From an uncultured archaeon (GTDB lineage: Archaea > Thermoproteota > Nitrososphaeria > Nitrososphaerales > Gagatemarchaeaceae): 64,000 nt of DNA. Shown here piece after piece: positions 1 through 10,975 of this stretch (position 1 is the first letter of the stretch; the number at the start of each line of letters is the position of its first letter). The notes beneath the pieces are model-generated. The model searched no databases. It worked only from the letters and a program-made list of their open reading frames with translations, and was not told the DNA's origin. The stretch lies in contig CAWCYD010000003.1 in assembly GCA_963799775.1 (NCBI GenBank), positions 800,001 through 864,000 on the forward strand. The letters run 5' to 3'. Position numbers and translations under genes: made by a program.

Positions 1-473
1 TCGCCGCGGTCACGGGAGGGCTCGCCATGCAGGGCAAGGTGAAGGTCACGGCAGCCCTCTCGATCGTCCTATACGTCGTCTATATGGTCGACCCACTCTC
101 GTCCCCCATAATCAACGTCGGAGGCGTCCCTGTCCCCTTCCTGTGGATGCACATGCTCTCCCTCGTCGTATTCGTCGGCGTAGCCTACCTCAGAAGGATG
201 GGAGCGGGCTTCATCTCACTCGCGACGGGCCTTGCGTCCATCGTGTTCCTCTCGACGATGAACGCGCACGTCAGCGGGGCGATAATGTACGAGAACGTCC
301 TTGTGAGGATCAATCACACGGTGGCTGCGAGCTCCATCCACGGGCTGTGGAACATAATCTTCTACGCCTATCCGCTTGAGAGGGTGCTCTTCACGGTCGT
401 GGGCAGCATACTCGCAATAGGCTTCTTCAGGGCGATCCCGCCAGACAGGCTCCGCCAGATCCGACGGACCTAG
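1..473 (+). CDS. Integral membrane protein, 5' end outside window (ECF S-component-like, uncertain)
   Basis: ORF appears open from window edge; several hydrophobic helices. Confidence 0.55.
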   Translation, partial: AAVTGGLAMQGKVKVTAALSIVLYVVYMVDPLSSPIINVGGVPVPFLWMHMLSLVVFVGVAYLRRMGAGFISLATGLASIVFLSTMNAHVSGAIMYENVLVRINHTVAASSIHGLWNIIFYAYPLERVLFTVVGSILAIGFFRAIPPDRLRQIRRT

Positions 474-481
474 CAGGCTCG

Positions 482-1501
482 TCAGCGCAGGCTGCGCGCC
501 ACGGCCTCTGCCATGGCCCTGGTACCCGACCTTCCACCCATGTCATATGTCACTTGCTTCCCGGCAGATACGACCCTCATCGTGGCGTCGAAGACCGCCT
601 TGCCCGCGCTCTTCTCTCCGATGTACTCGAGCATCCAGGCGGCCGAGAGGATTGTCGCGGTAGGGTTGACCTTGTCCTTGCCCGCATACTTGGGCGTGCT
701 CCCGTGAGCCGGCTCGAACATAGCGTAGTCGTCCCCGAAGTTCGCCGAGTAGATCATGCCTATGCTGCCGACGAGGCCTGATGCCTCCTCCGAGAGGATG
801 TCCATGAACAGGTTCGTCCCCACTATGACGTTCCTGTCGAAGCGCTGCGGGTTCTTGACAAGCTGCTGCGAGAAGTTGTCAATCAAGATCTCCTCCAGCT
901 CGACTCCTGGAAAGGCCTTGGAGTTCTGCCTCGCTGCGTCGAGGAAGATCCCGTCAGTTAGCTTGAGTATGTTCGCCTTTGAGATGACGATCACCTTCTT
1001 CCATCCACGCTTCTTGGCCTCCTCGAGGGCGAATCGGGTCACCTTCGAGGATTTGTCCTTCGTTATCAGGCGGATGGCGACTGCTGCGTCGTCGCTCAGC
1101 TTGTACTCGATCCCTGAATAGAGACCCTCGGTGCCTTCGCGGACCATCACAAAGTCCACTGCTCCTAAGGGCCCCACCTGGTTCGGGAAGGTCTTGATCG
1201 GCCTGACGTTGGAATAGAGGTTGAACCTCTGGCGAATGCTGACGGCGACGCTCCTGGGCGTCCCCGGTCCAGAGAGGGTGGTCGTGGGCCCCTTGAAGCA
1301 GCAATCCGCTTCCTCCAGGGTGCGCCATGTCTCTTCAGGAATCATGGTGGGGCCGCCGTGCTTCTCCCACCACTCCGCGCCTGCTTCGCACTTCACGAAC
1401 TCTGCCTTCGTGCCGCTGGCCCTCAAGACTAGGAGCATCGCGTCGACGAGCTCCGGCCCGGTCCCGTCCCCTTTGATCAGCGCGACTCTCTTGCTCTTCA
1501 A
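482..1501 (-). CDS. Isocitrate/isopropylmalate dehydrogenase family protein
   Basis: GDGTGPEL, NVRP, RE.TEGLY, KANILK, NLFMDILS and FEPAHGS.P motifs. Confidence 0.95.
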   Translation of the reverse strand: MKSKRVALIKGDGTGPELVDAMLLVLRASGTKAEFVKCEAGAEWWEKHGGPTMIPEETWRTLEEADCCFKGPTTTLSGPGTPRSVAVSIRQRFNLYSNVRPIKTFPNQVGPLGAVDFVMVREGTEGLYSGIEYKLSDDAAVAIRLITKDKSSKVTRFALEEAKKRGWKKVIVISKANILKLTDGIFLDAARQNSKAFPGVELEEILIDNFSQQLVKNPQRFDRNVIVGTNLFMDILSEEASGLVGSIGMIYSANFGDDYAMFEPAHGSTPKYAGKDKVNPTATILSAAWMLEYIGEKSAGKAVFDATMRVVSAGKQVTYDMGGRSGTRAMAEAVARSLR

Positions 1502-1568
1502 TTCGACTGTCCTGCTCCGGCGAATGACGCCGCGACCAGAGCGGATTTAACGGTTGGCGGGTGCGCGG

Positions 1569-1898
1569 TCACTCCTCACCCTCTTCTTCCCACCAGTCCG
1601 GGACCACGATCTTGAACCCTGCTTGCTCCTGGTAGTCCTCCAGGAGCTCTTTCTCGATTCTAGAGACCCTAGACCCGGGAGGGCCGGACTTGGCCCACTC
1701 GAGCAGCTTCTCGACATTGGGCGACTCCCCCTGGAGGACCGCCTCTACCGTCCCGTCCTCTCTGTTTCTCGCCCACCCCTGGACGCCATGGCGGAGCGCG
1801 GCTTCCCTCATGGACGCTCTGTAGGAGACGCCCTGGACTAGCCCGAAGATCACGACCCGATAGGTGACGGGGCGCGAATCCCTAGGCGCCTCCGGCAA
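1569..1898 (-). CDS. acyP: Acylphosphatase
   Basis: GLVQGVSYR, GWARNREDGTVEAV and W...GPP motifs; true start probably near 1868. Confidence 0.9.
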   Translation of the reverse strand: MPEAPRDSRPVTYRVVIFGLVQGVSYRASMREAALRHGVQGWARNREDGTVEAVLQGESPNVEKLLEWAKSGPPGSRVSRIEKELLEDYQEQAGFKIVVPDWWEEEGEE

Positions 1899-2517
1899 AA
1901 GAAGACTGGATTATCCCCACTATGCCTTCCCTGATGAAGGCGATGCCGATGGCGGCTATGAGGAGCCCGACTATCCTTGTGAAGACCTGGGTCCCGTTGG
2001 TGCCAAGGGCCTTCTGGACCCACGAGGCCCTCTCCAAGATGATGTAGGCGAGCAGGGAGTTCAGCAGGATGACGAGGAAGTCCTCTAGCAGGCCGTAAGG
2101 GGGGTTGGCGTAGATCATCACGGTCGAGATCGCACCAGGCCCCGCTAGGAGAGGCGTCGCTAGGGGAAAGGCCGCGATCTCGGTCGCCGCTATCGTCCGG
2201 GTCTGCGAGATCTTTCCCCTGAGGTTGTCCAGGGCGATGATGAAGAGGATTATCCCGCCTGCGATCTTAAAGTCGTTTATCGTTATCCCCAGCAACCGGA
2301 AGATAAGCTGCCCGACCGTCGCGAAGACCAGGAGGATCACGGTGGCGATGATCACCGAGTCCCTGACGATGGCGCCCCTATGCTCCTTGTAGTCCTGGGT
2401 GAGAGCCAAGAAGACGGGCACCGTGCCGATCACGTCGAAGACCGAGAAGAGCAAGATGAACGAGGCGACGAAGGAAGAGACGTCGAAGGCGATCAGGGAG
2501 CTGATGTCAAAGGCCAT
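1882..2517 (-). CDS. MarC family membrane protein
   Basis: FKIAGGIILF and PLATPLLAGPGAISTV motifs. Confidence 0.93.
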   Translation of the reverse strand: MAFDISSLIAFDVSSFVASFILLFSVFDVIGTVPVFLALTQDYKEHRGAIVRDSVIIATVILLVFATVGQLIFRLLGITINDFKIAGGIILFIIALDNLRGKISQTRTIAATEIAAFPLATPLLAGPGAISTVMIYANPPYGLLEDFLVILLNSLLAYIILERASWVQKALGTNGTQVFTRIVGLLIAAIGIAFIREGIVGIIQSSFAGGA

Positions 2518-2611
2518 CGGCGACGGCTCGGTGAGGTGTCTTCGCGTAGAAAAAGAGTTCCGGTGAGCTAGCCGCCATATCATTGAAATACAAAGTCAGG
2601 TCGGGCCGGCA

Positions 2612-2979
2612 CGTGGCTCGTCTTGAGAACTACATCGCGGGGCTTGTGTACGCCTCCGTTGTGCTCGGCGTGCTCTTCCTCTATGTCCTGTACGGGCCCA
2701 CCCGGCATCCCAAGCTTCCTTTTCCCCTCGATACTTGTGGGAGAGATCATCTGGATCGTCTGCGCCGTCGCCGTCTATCGCAAGCTGAGGTGGGCGCCAT
2801 ACATGGCCGTGGTCCTAGCTGTCATAACGCTGGGCGTATCGCTTCCCCAACCTACCCACTATAGCTTCGCGGTGACAGGCCAAATCGTTGCCTTTTTGAT
2901 CTTCACCGGTGGGGCAGTCCTCCAGTTCGCGCTGATAGCGGCAGTGGCGTTGTTCGTGTTCAGGACAAGAAGAGCCTAG
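2612..2979 (+). CDS. Hypothetical membrane protein (probable frameshift near 2705)
   Basis: Hydrophobic N-part in ORF 2583..2864 and C-part in ORF 2623..2979. Confidence 0.55.
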
Positions 2980-3617
2980 GTCTTCTCCTCGAAGGCGGGC
3001 TCTTCGCCCTTGACGATGAAGACCACCGACTTGCCGATGTAGACCGCGTGGTCCGCGATCCTCTCGAGGTAGCGCAGGATGAGGGTCTGAGACAGGGCGC
3101 AACGGAGGTCTACCTTGCGCGACTTCATCAGCTTCGTGATGTAACCGCGATATGCGTCGTCGACGTTGTCGTCCATGCCCACTATCTTCATGGCGAGGTC
3201 GACGTCCTGTTTCGCGAAGGCCTCCACGCTCAACTTGATCATCTCCTTGGTCGTCTCGGCTGCGCTCTCTACAACCTCGTGCTCGCACTTTGTGAGGTCC
3301 CCGAATGTCTCCAGGACCTCCATGATGTCCTTGGCGTAGCGTCCGAACCTGTAAAACCCGTACGAGATCTCCATGCACGCCTTGATGTAGCGAAGGTCTG
3401 ATGCCACAGGCTGGAACCTGGCGATGAGCTCTATCGAGAGCTCGCTTACCTGGTCATCGAGATCCTTGAGCTTGTTCGACCACCTGCTTACGTCCTGGAG
3501 GTTCTTCCCGACGTGATACGCCTCGATTGCCGTAGCGACGGTCTGTTGGGAGAGCTCCCCCATCTGGAGCAGGAGGTTCCGGAGCCGGTCTATCCCAAGG
3601 TCCATGAGTCTGGCCAT
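2976..3617 (-). CDS. phoU: Phosphate signalling protein PhoU
   Basis: QPVASDLR, DDNVDD and LERIADHA motifs; last gene of the pst operon. Confidence 0.93.
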   Translation of the reverse strand: MARLMDLGIDRLRNLLLQMGELSQQTVATAIEAYHVGKNLQDVSRWSNKLKDLDDQVSELSIELIARFQPVASDLRYIKACMEISYGFYRFGRYAKDIMEVLETFGDLTKCEHEVVESAAETTKEMIKLSVEAFAKQDVDLAMKIVGMDDNVDDAYRGYITKLMKSRKVDLRCALSQTLILRYLERIADHAVYIGKSVVFIVKGEEPAFEEKT

Positions 3618-3624
3618 GCGACGA

Positions 3625-4473
3625 TCACCCGAATTTTCCCGTGATGTACCGCTCGGTCAGCTCTTTCTTCGGGTTCTCGAATAGTTGGGCGGTCTCCCCG
3701 AACTCGACTAGCTCCCCGAGGTAGAAGAAGGCCGTGTAGTCGGCCACTCGGGCCGCCTGCTGCATGTTGTGAGTGACGATGACTATCGTGTATTGCTTCT
3801 TGAGCTCGACCATGGCCTCTTCGATCTTCGCGGTCGCAGTCGGGTCGAGCGCCGAGGCTGGCTCGTCCATGAGGAGCACTTCAGGCTCTACGGCTATGGC
3901 CCTGGCGATGCAGAGCCTCTGTTGTTGTCCCCCCGAGAGGGCGGCTCCAGACTTGTGGAGCTCGTTCTTGACCTCCTCCCAGAGGAACGCCATCCTCAGG
4001 CTCTTCTCGACGACGCCGTCTAGGAGCTTCCTGTCCTTGACGCCTTTGAGCTTCAAACCCGCTGCGACGTTGTCGTAAACTGACATGGTGGGGAAGGGGT
4101 TCGGCTTTTGGAACACCATGCCTATCCTGCGCCTGACCACCACCGGGTCGACCTTTTGCGCGTAGATGTCCTCGCCGTCCAGAAAGACCTCTCCCTCGAC
4201 CTTTGCGGTGGGAGTGAGCTCATGGATCCTGTTGAGGCACCTGATGAAGGTGGTCTTTCCGCACCCTGACGGCCCCATTATGGCGGTGACGCACCTTTGG
4301 GGAAATTCGAGGTCGATCCCCTTGATGACCTCCGACTTTCCGAATCCCGCCTTCAGCCCCTTCGTCTTCATCTTCGAACCGAGGACGAGGGTGCTTGTCT
4401 CTGCTGACATGTTCAGCGCTCGGCTCGTCGCCTTACCCTCCCTCTCTTTCTGTGTTTCCATTGTCATCTCCAC
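3625..4473 (-). CDS. pstB: Phosphate ABC transporter ATPase
   Basis: [34 protein letters not shown] and YITGKFG. Confidence 0.97.
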   Translation of the reverse strand: MEMTMETQKEREGKATSRALNMSAETSTLVLGSKMKTKGLKAGFGKSEVIKGIDLEFPQRCVTAIMGPSGCGKTTFIRCLNRIHELTPTAKVEGEVFLDGEDIYAQKVDPVVVRRRIGMVFQKPNPFPTMSVYDNVAAGLKLKGVKDRKLLDGVVEKSLRMAFLWEEVKNELHKSGAALSGGQQQRLCIARAIAVEPEVLLMDEPASALDPTATAKIEEAMVELKKQYTIVIVTHNMQQAARVADYTAFFYLGELVEFGETAQLFENPKKELTERYITGKFG

Positions 4474-4480
4474 CTAGTTC

Positions 4481-5350
4481 TCAGCCCTGACGTTTGCAAA
4501 CTTCCGCCCGACGGTCAGCCTCACCATAAGGTTCAGGGCCAACATTATCAGGATCAAGACTAGCGCGGCCCCCCAAGCCTTGTCCTGCCAGTCTCGGAAC
4601 GGCGAGGTCACCGTACACGTAGATGAGCAGCGGCACGGCAGCCGTTGGCTGCATGAGGCCCTTTGCGAAGTATGAGTTTCCCAGCGCTGTGAGGAGCAAC
4701 GGCGCAGTCTCGCCTGCCGCCCTGGCGATGGCGAGGAGAATTCCTGTAAAAAGCCCGGCCTTGCCGGTCGTTATGACGATGCTCAGTATGGTCTTCCACC
4801 TCGATATCCCCAAGGCCATCGACGCCTCCCTGAGGCTCTTGGGCACGAGCTTGAGGGACTCTTCGGTCGTCCTCGCGACTATCGGGATCATGATGATGGC
4901 CAGCGCGATCCCGCCAGCGAGGCCCGAGAACGTGCCGGTCGCCAGGACTACGACGATGAAGACAAAGATCCCTATCACTATCGAGGGGAACTCTGCCAAC
5001 ACGTCGTTCATGAAGCTTGAAACGGTGGAGAGTCTGGACTCTGGCCATTCTGAGAAGAATATCCCGGCGCCGACGCCCACGGGGATCGCGATGAGGGTAC
5101 CGATGCCGACCATTACGAAAGTGCCGACGAGCGCATTGGCGATGCCGCCTCCAGGGATCCCCACCGGCGTCGGCAGGTTGGTGAAGAAGGCGAGGTTTAG
5201 CACGGGTGCCCCCCGGTAGACTACCTCTCCGAGGATGAAGAGGAGAGGCGCGATTGCAACACACACGGCGGTGTATATCAGGACCGTCACGATCTGGTTG
5301 GTCAGTCGTCTTCGTCGGTCCATTCCAGAGATCGCAAAGATTTCTGTCAA
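4481..5350 (-). CDS. pstA: Phosphate ABC permease PstA (apparent frameshift near 4610)
   Basis: PSIVIG, REASMALG and ARAAGETAPL; C-terminus continues in another frame. Confidence 0.92.
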   Translation of the reverse strand: MTEIFAISGMDRRRRLTNQIVTVLIYTAVCVAIAPLLFILGEVVYRGAPVLNLAFFTNLPTPVGIPGGGIANALVGTFVMVGIGTLIAIPVGVGAGIFFSEWPESRLSTVSSFMNDVLAEFPSIVIGIFVFIVVVLATGTFSGLAGGIALAIIMIPIVARTTEESLKLVPKSLREASMALGISRWKTILSIVITTGKAGLFTGILLAIARAAGETAPLLLTALGNSYFAKGLMQPTAAVPLLIYVYGDLAVPRLAGQGLGGRASLDPDNVGPEPYGEADRRAEVCKRQG

Positions 5351-5363
5351 TCTAGTCGCGCTC

Positions 5364-6254
5364 CTATAGCCTGACCTTGGTCATCCGCGACATGCGCCAG
5401 AGGAGACTCCTCGCGAAGATGTTGATCGCGAGAGCGACGAAGAAGAGTATCAGGCCTAGCTCCACCAGCGCCGAGGTGCTCAGGGGGGACGAGCTCTCGG
5501 AGAATTGGTTCGCGATAGCGCTCGCGAGGGTGTACCCCGGAGAGAAGAGGGACGGGGAGATGTTCGTGGCGTTGCCGATCACCATTGTGACCGCCATGGT
5601 TTCGCCCACGGCCCTCCCCAGCCCCAGAATCGTGGCGCCGAACAGGCCGGACCGGGCGAACGGAAGGATCCCCTTGCTGATCACCTCCCAGTCGGTGCCC
5701 CCGATCGAGTACATGGCCTCGCGTTGGCTGTTCGGGACGGCATTCAAGACGTTCCTAGAGATTGCCGAGACCGTCGGAATTATCATGATGGCCAAGATCA
5801 CTCCCGCAGTAAGGAAATCCAGTCCGAACGGCGTCCCGTGGAAGATGGGGAGAAACCCAACGTACCTGTGCAGCGGCTTCTCGACGTAGGTCTTTATGAT
5901 CGGGCTCAGAAAGAACAAGCCCCACAGGCCGTATATCACGCTGGGGACGGCCGCGAGGAGCTCGACCGTGGTGCCGATAAGGTAAGATTCAGTACGGCGG
6001 CTCTTCAGCTTCTCCACCAAGAAGATGGCAACGGCGAAGCTTATCGGCAGGCCGAAGAGCAGGGCGAGCAGCGACGTCAGAACGGTCCCGTAGATGTAGG
6101 GCAGCGCCCCGTAGATGTTGTGCACGGGATCCCACACCCTTCCGGACAAGAAGCCGAGCCCGTATGCCTCAAGAGACACCTTGGATCCTACGAAGAGCTC
6201 GTAGGCAAGGGCGGCCAATAGCACTACAATGCCGATGGCGGCGGTCCCCACCAA
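5364..6254 (-). CDS. pstC: Phosphate ABC permease PstC (start may be up to ~60 bp upstream)
   Basis: ELLAAVPSVIYGLWG and GRAVGETMAV motifs. Confidence 0.95.
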   Translation of the reverse strand: MVGTAAIGIVVLLAALAYELFVGSKVSLEAYGLGFLSGRVWDPVHNIYGALPYIYGTVLTSLLALLFGLPISFAVAIFLVEKLKSRRTESYLIGTTVELLAAVPSVIYGLWGLFFLSPIIKTYVEKPLHRYVGFLPIFHGTPFGLDFLTAGVILAIMIIPTVSAISRNVLNAVPNSQREAMYSIGGTDWEVISKGILPFARSGLFGATILGLGRAVGETMAVTMVIGNATNISPSLFSPGYTLASAIANQFSESSSPLSTSALVELGLILFFVALAINIFARSLLWRMSRMTKVRL

Positions 6255-6356
6255 AGCCTTCAGGGCCCCGTCCCCTCTCAGGGGGAAGCCGAGGCCTCCG
6301 CCGCCCTTGTTCAGGGCGATCCCCTCGTAATCATAAAACAGGACCCCGCCCTAGGG

Positions 6357-7691
6357 CTAAGGTCCTGTGTAAAGAGGTGTTCCGTTGAAGGTGATTGTCT
6401 TTATGGTGGCGTCGTCTATCGCGACAACGTTAGCTGGCATCGGCACGTATCCGAGCTGAGTGCCCGCATTTTGCGCGTTGTTCACGACCCAGTGCAAGAA
6501 GTTCACGAGAGCCACGCCCTGTGCCTGACTTGCCTGCGCCTGGTAGACGACGATGTATGTGAATGTGGTGACTGGATAGATAGTGGTGTCCTTGGTGTCG
6601 TTGTAGATGTTGTTGATGATTGAGACGCTGGTCCAAGCCGCGTTCCCTGCCGGCAAGCCTGTTGCGCCTGCGGTCACTGCCGAAGCGATGTTGGTGAGGT
6701 TGGCGAGGACATAGTTGCCCGCGGCGTTGGCCACAGAGCCGTACGAGATGAGGCCTGCATTGACGATCTCATACGAGATTTCTAGAGGCCCTATCGCGTA
6801 TGGGTTGTTCTCTATGCAGCCGGCGACGCCTTCGTTCTTTGCGCAGCCGATGCCTGTTGGCCAAGCGACCAAGCTCCCGGTTCCGGGCCCTGCCTTCCAC
6901 GCGGCGCTTGAGTCAGTGAGATAGTTCGTGAAGGCGAACATGGTCCCGCTGGAGTCGGACCTGTGGACCACGACTATCGCTTGTGCTGGGAGGGTTATGG
7001 TTGGGTTCAGTGCGACGAGGGACGGGTCGTTCCACATCGTCACCTTGCCAAGGAAGATATTTGCAAGGACCGCGCCTGTGAATTTGACGCCGTTGCCGAT
7101 CCCCGGTAGGTTGTATGCTGGGACTACCGCGCTAGCCGACTCGGGAATCACTACGACTCCCGCGGGGAAAGCGGCGATCTGTGCAGCCGACGGGGGCGCG
7201 TCTGACGCACCGAAGTCGACGGTCTTCTGCGTGAGGTCGGTTATCCCTGCGCCGCTGCCGACGCTCTGATAGTTGACCTGCACGTTACCGGTGTACTGCT
7301 GGTATGCGAACGTCCATGAGGACATGAGAGGGTATACAAGAGTCGATCCCGCGCCGTTAAGAGACGCGGCGGCTCCTGTTGTCGTTGACGCTGTCGCAGT
7401 GGTCGTGGAGGTCGCAGTTGTGGTCGAGGTCGCAGTGGTCGTTGAAGTTGCTGTCGTAGTTTGGGTTGATGTGGCAGTCGAAGTTGCTGTCGTTGTTGCA
7501 GTTGTAGTTGCGGTTGAAGTCGCTGTGGTGGTTGATAAGTTTGTTTGAGTCGCAGTAACCGTCGAGGTCGCGGTAGTAGTTTTTTGGCTGCCAGAGGCGG
7601 CTAAGTATGCCCCTGCGCCCACTACTATTATTGCTACTATCGCAATCGCGCCGATTGCTGCTGTGCTAATTCCTGTTCTTACGAATTTCAT
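6357..7691 (-). CDS. pstS: Phosphate-binding protein PstS with N-terminal anchor and Thr-rich linker
   Basis: GAGSTLVYP, YQSVGSGAG, DFGASD and HRSDSSGT motifs. Confidence 0.96.
   Translation of the reverse strand: MKFVRTGISTAAIGAIAIVAIIVVGAGAYLAASGSQKTTTATSTVTATQTNLSTTTATSTATTTATTTATSTATSTQTTTATSTTTATSTTTATSTTTATASTTTGAAASLNGAGSTLVYPLMSSWTFAYQQYTGNVQVNYQSVGSGAGITDLTQKTVDFGASDAPPSAAQIAAFPAGVVVIPESASAVVPAYNLPGIGNGVKFTGAVLANIFLGKVTMWNDPSLVALNPTITLPAQAIVVVHRSDSSGTMFAFTNYLTDSSAAWKAGPGTGSLVAWPTGIGCAKNEGVAGCIENNPYAIGPLEISYEIVNAGLISYGSVANAAGNYVLANLTNIASAVTAGATGLPAGNAAWTSVSIINNIYNDTKDTTIYPVTTFTYIVVYQAQASQAQGVALVNFLHWVVNNAQNAGTQLGYVPMPANVVAIDDATIKTITFNGTPLYTGP
7378..7582 (-). repeat. Imperfect coding tandem repeat (TTATST-like Thr/Ser/Ala linker of PstS)
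   Basis: Translation TTTATSTTTATSTTTATSTTTATAS; ~18 nt imperfect units. Confidence 0.8.
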
Positions 7692-7997
7692 CTTCAAAAA
7701 GTGACCATGCCGCACCCGATATATGGCGTGCCGAATTATTCTATTGCTCAATATAGTGTCGAAGAACCTCTATGGGCGCTCTATATTTCATAGTGAAAGT
7801 AGGGGCGAATCGGACTCTTTTCCCCATAGACCGGCTCGAAGAAACCCAAAGTGAGCATTTGGGCTTGGCTTTTGGAGGATTCCTAGTGTAGATGCCTACG
7901 GTCCTGACACGCGGCGAACGCAAGAAATGGTAAGAGCGGCAATTTTTCCTTTATTTGCCGGAAGATATATAGAGCCACAATACGTGCCTTTGACGGA

Positions 7998-9022
7998 ATG
8001 GAAATCAGGAAGATACAGATCACAGGGGGAAACAGCTACGTTGTATCTCTGCCAAAGTCCTGGGTCAAAGATGCGGGGCTCAAGGCGAAAGACGCCGTGT
8101 TGGTGATGCCTCAGGCGGACATGTCTCTCTTGGTCATCCCAAAGAACGACCTCAGGAAGGAGACGAAGAGTGAGGTCCAGGTCGAGCTCCAGGAGAACTC
8201 CGACAGGGACATCGCCCTCAGATGACCTTCATCTCGTATTACCTCGCGGGCTACGACGTGATCAGGATGCGCATCAGCGGTTCGAGCTCGGGCCTGAGGT
8301 CTCACCTCAAGGAGGCGATAAGGAGGAAGCTGATCGGGATTGAGATAGTTGAGGAGACGTCGAACGGCATAACGACGCAGTGCCTCTCGGGTTACTCTGA
8401 CCTCCCTCTGAAGAAGGCCATCGAGAGGATGGCGATAATCGCGTCGGGGATGGTCCAGGACGCGACGATGTCGCTCCAGAGCGGCGACCTGGGGTTGGCT
8501 GAGGAGGTGAGCCAGCGCGACGACGAGGTCGACAGGTTCTACCATTTCATCGTGAGGCAGCTGAACATGGCTGTCCGGAATCGGGCGATAATCGAGGAGG
8601 TGGGCCTTCTTGCGGCGCGCGACTGCCTCGGCTACAGGCTGGCTGTGAAGAGCATCGAGAGGGTGGCTGACCACGCGGCCGGGATCGCCAGGCTCGTCCC
8701 CAGCCTGAGGACCAAGGCCCTCGGCAAGATAGCCAAGGAGGTCACGAAGATGAGCGAGCTCTCCCAGAAGGCTCGAAGTCAAGCTGTGGGCGCTCTGGTA
8801 GACTTGGACACGAAGAAGGCCAATGAAGCGATCAACCTTACGAAGAGGGTGATCGAGATGGACGAGAAGATGACAGGGGAGCTGCTCAGGCCCGGGATGG
8901 AGGCCACGACCGTAGGATGGTTCCGGCTCGTGCTCGAGAGTGTGAGACGGGTCGCAGAGTATGGCTCCGACATCGCGGAGATCGCGGTGGACCTGACCGC
9001 CAAAGAGCCGAACAACCTCTGA
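7998..9022 (+). CDS. AbrB-PhoU phosphate uptake regulator (frameshift near 8221)
   Basis: MEIRKIQITGGNSYVVSLPKSW AbrB domain, then YLAGYD, DDEVDRFY, IERVADH; divergent from pstS. Confidence 0.9.
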
Positions 9023-9032
9023 GCTGAGAAGC

Positions 9033-9823
9033 TCAGAAGACGGAATTGATCAGGCCGCCGTCAACAGTGAACATCCCTCCGTTGATGTAGGCGGCCCTCT
9101 CGCTAGCTAGGAAAGCCGCGAGCGAGCCCACCTCCTCGGGCTCGCCATATCGGCCGACCGGGATGCTCTTGGCCATCTCCTTGAAAGCCTCCTGGACGGT
9201 CGTCCCTGCCTTCGATGCCTTCTCCTCGGCCAGCCTTGACGACCGGTCTGTCCGGATGTAGCCCTGGATTATGCCGTTCGAGGTGACCCCGTAGGGGCCA
9301 AGCTCCCCGGCAAGCGACTTTGAAAGCCCCGCCACCGCCAATCTGACGGTGTTTGAGAGCACGAGGTTCGCGACAGGCTGCTTCAACGTCAACGACGTGA
9401 TGTAGATGAGCCTGCCCCACTTCCTCTCCTTCATCTTCGGCACGACGGCTTGGGTGAGCGTCACCGCGCTCAGGAGGAGGAGCCTCGTCGCTTCTTCCCA
9501 GTCCGCGTAGGAGAGGTCGGCGAACGTGCCAGCCTTTGGCGGCCCTGTGTTGTAGACCAGGACGTCGACGGGACCGAGCCTCTTGGAGACGGAATCGACG
9601 AGGACCTCCAGGTCCTTCCTTGAGGTCATGTCGGCGGTGATCGCGATGACCCCGCCCCCGTCTCTTCCGCGATCTTGTCCTTCGCGACCTGCAGGTTGGA
9701 ATCGTTCCTGGAGGAGATGGCCACCTTCATCCCTTCGCGGGCCAGGACACGCGCCGTCCCGAGCCCGATGCCCTTGCTCGCCGCCGTGACGAGGGCGACC
9801 TTGCCCTTTAGTCCTAGTTCCAC
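9033..9823 (-). CDS. SDR-family oxidoreductase (frameshift near 9655)
   Basis: VALVTAASKGIG, NTGPP, LSNTVR and GRYGEPEE across two ORFs. Confidence 0.9.
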
Positions 9824-9867
9824 GGCCCGGGCTTTCTCGCTTTCTCAGATATATCTGCTGGGCGGCC

Positions 9868-10971
9868 CTAGTCCTCGCGCCACTTGAAGAACCGGACCGC
9901 CAGCCCGAAGGTGACGATGGAGATGGCGATCAGAACTACGATGTCGGTGAGGGCGGACGTGTAGTTGCCATAGAGCATCACGCTGTTGAGGCCGTCGATG
10001 ACGTAGAAGAGGGGGAGCACGTGGGCGATGGCCTGGAGCGTCGGCGACATCGTCGAGACAGGGAAGAACGTCCCCGAGAGGAACATCATGGGGAAGGTCA
10101 CGAGGTTGCCGACCACGGCCGCGGACTCGACGCTCTTGGAGACGGTCCCAACGAGCATCCCTAGCGAGACGAAGAGGAACGGCCCGAGGAGGAGGAATGG
10201 GACTATCCCGATGGTGTATGTGATGTGGGCCCCGAAGAGGAGGGTTCCCGCCGTCGTCATGAGGAAGAATGAGACGAAGGTGAGGAGTATGTACCAGAGT
10301 ATCTTGGATACGAGCCACTCGGTCTTGGTCAAGGGGGTGAGCGAGAGCTGCTTGAAGATCTTGTCGCGCTTGTATTGCGAGCTGATGTTCACGAGCGCGA
10401 ACATCGGGCTCGTGAGGACGGAGAAGCCGATGAGACCGGGGACGAGGTAGTCTATGTAATGGAAGGTCTTCGAGGCTATCGTCTGCTGCTGGGTGCTCAC
10501 GATCGCTGTCGCGTTGGCTGCCTGAAGGTTGAACGCGGTCACGACGGCGTTCGTCACTCCTTCCACGATCCCGCTCGTGCTCGACGTGGGATTGCCGTAG
10601 ACTGTCACGCTGACGGGCGTCTTCGAGGCCAGGTCTGCCTGGAAGCCCGACGGGATCACGATGCCGTCGGTCTCCGAGTGCGACGTGAGATATTGGGTGA
10701 AGTTGACGCCCGCGGGAGCCGTTGTTATCTTCATCGTGTTGGTGCTGTTCAGGGCGTAGATGAAACCCTCGCTGGCAGCCGATCCGTTGTCGTTGTTTTG
10801 GATCGTCACGGGAACGGTCGTCGAGCCGGTGTTGGAGAAGATGGCGCCGAAGAGGAGTATGAGTATTATCGGGAAGATGAGGGAGAAGAACAGCCCGACC
10901 CTGCTCCTGATGTATCCGCGGGCGAAGACCTGAAGGTCCGCCCTCATCCTCTTCGGACTGAACCTGGGCAC
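9868..10971 (-). CDS. ABC-2 type exporter permease
   Basis: YIDYLVPG and PMMFLSGTFFP motifs. Confidence 0.92.
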   Translation of the reverse strand: MPRFSPKRMRADLQVFARGYIRSRVGLFFSLIFPIILILLFGAIFSNTGSTTVPVTIQNNDNGSAASEGFIYALNSTNTMKITTAPAGVNFTQYLTSHSETDGIVIPSGFQADLASKTPVSVTVYGNPTSSTSGIVEGVTNAVVTAFNLQAANATAIVSTQQQTIASKTFHYIDYLVPGLIGFSVLTSPMFALVNISSQYKRDKIFKQLSLTPLTKTEWLVSKILWYILLTFVSFFLMTTAGTLLFGAHITYTIGIVPFLLLGPFLFVSLGMLVGTVSKSVESAAVVGNLVTFPMMFLSGTFFPVSTMSPTLQAIAHVLPLFYVIDGLNSVMLYGNYTSALTDIVVLIAISIVTFGLAVRFFKWRED

Positions 10972-10975
10972 GGGC

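Noticed and set aside
7378-7582. Tandem repeats as CRISPR or VNTR element
   Set aside because: Degenerate codon-level repeats encoding the Thr-rich PstS linker; the same applies to the Ser/Thr stalk at ~36230-36320.
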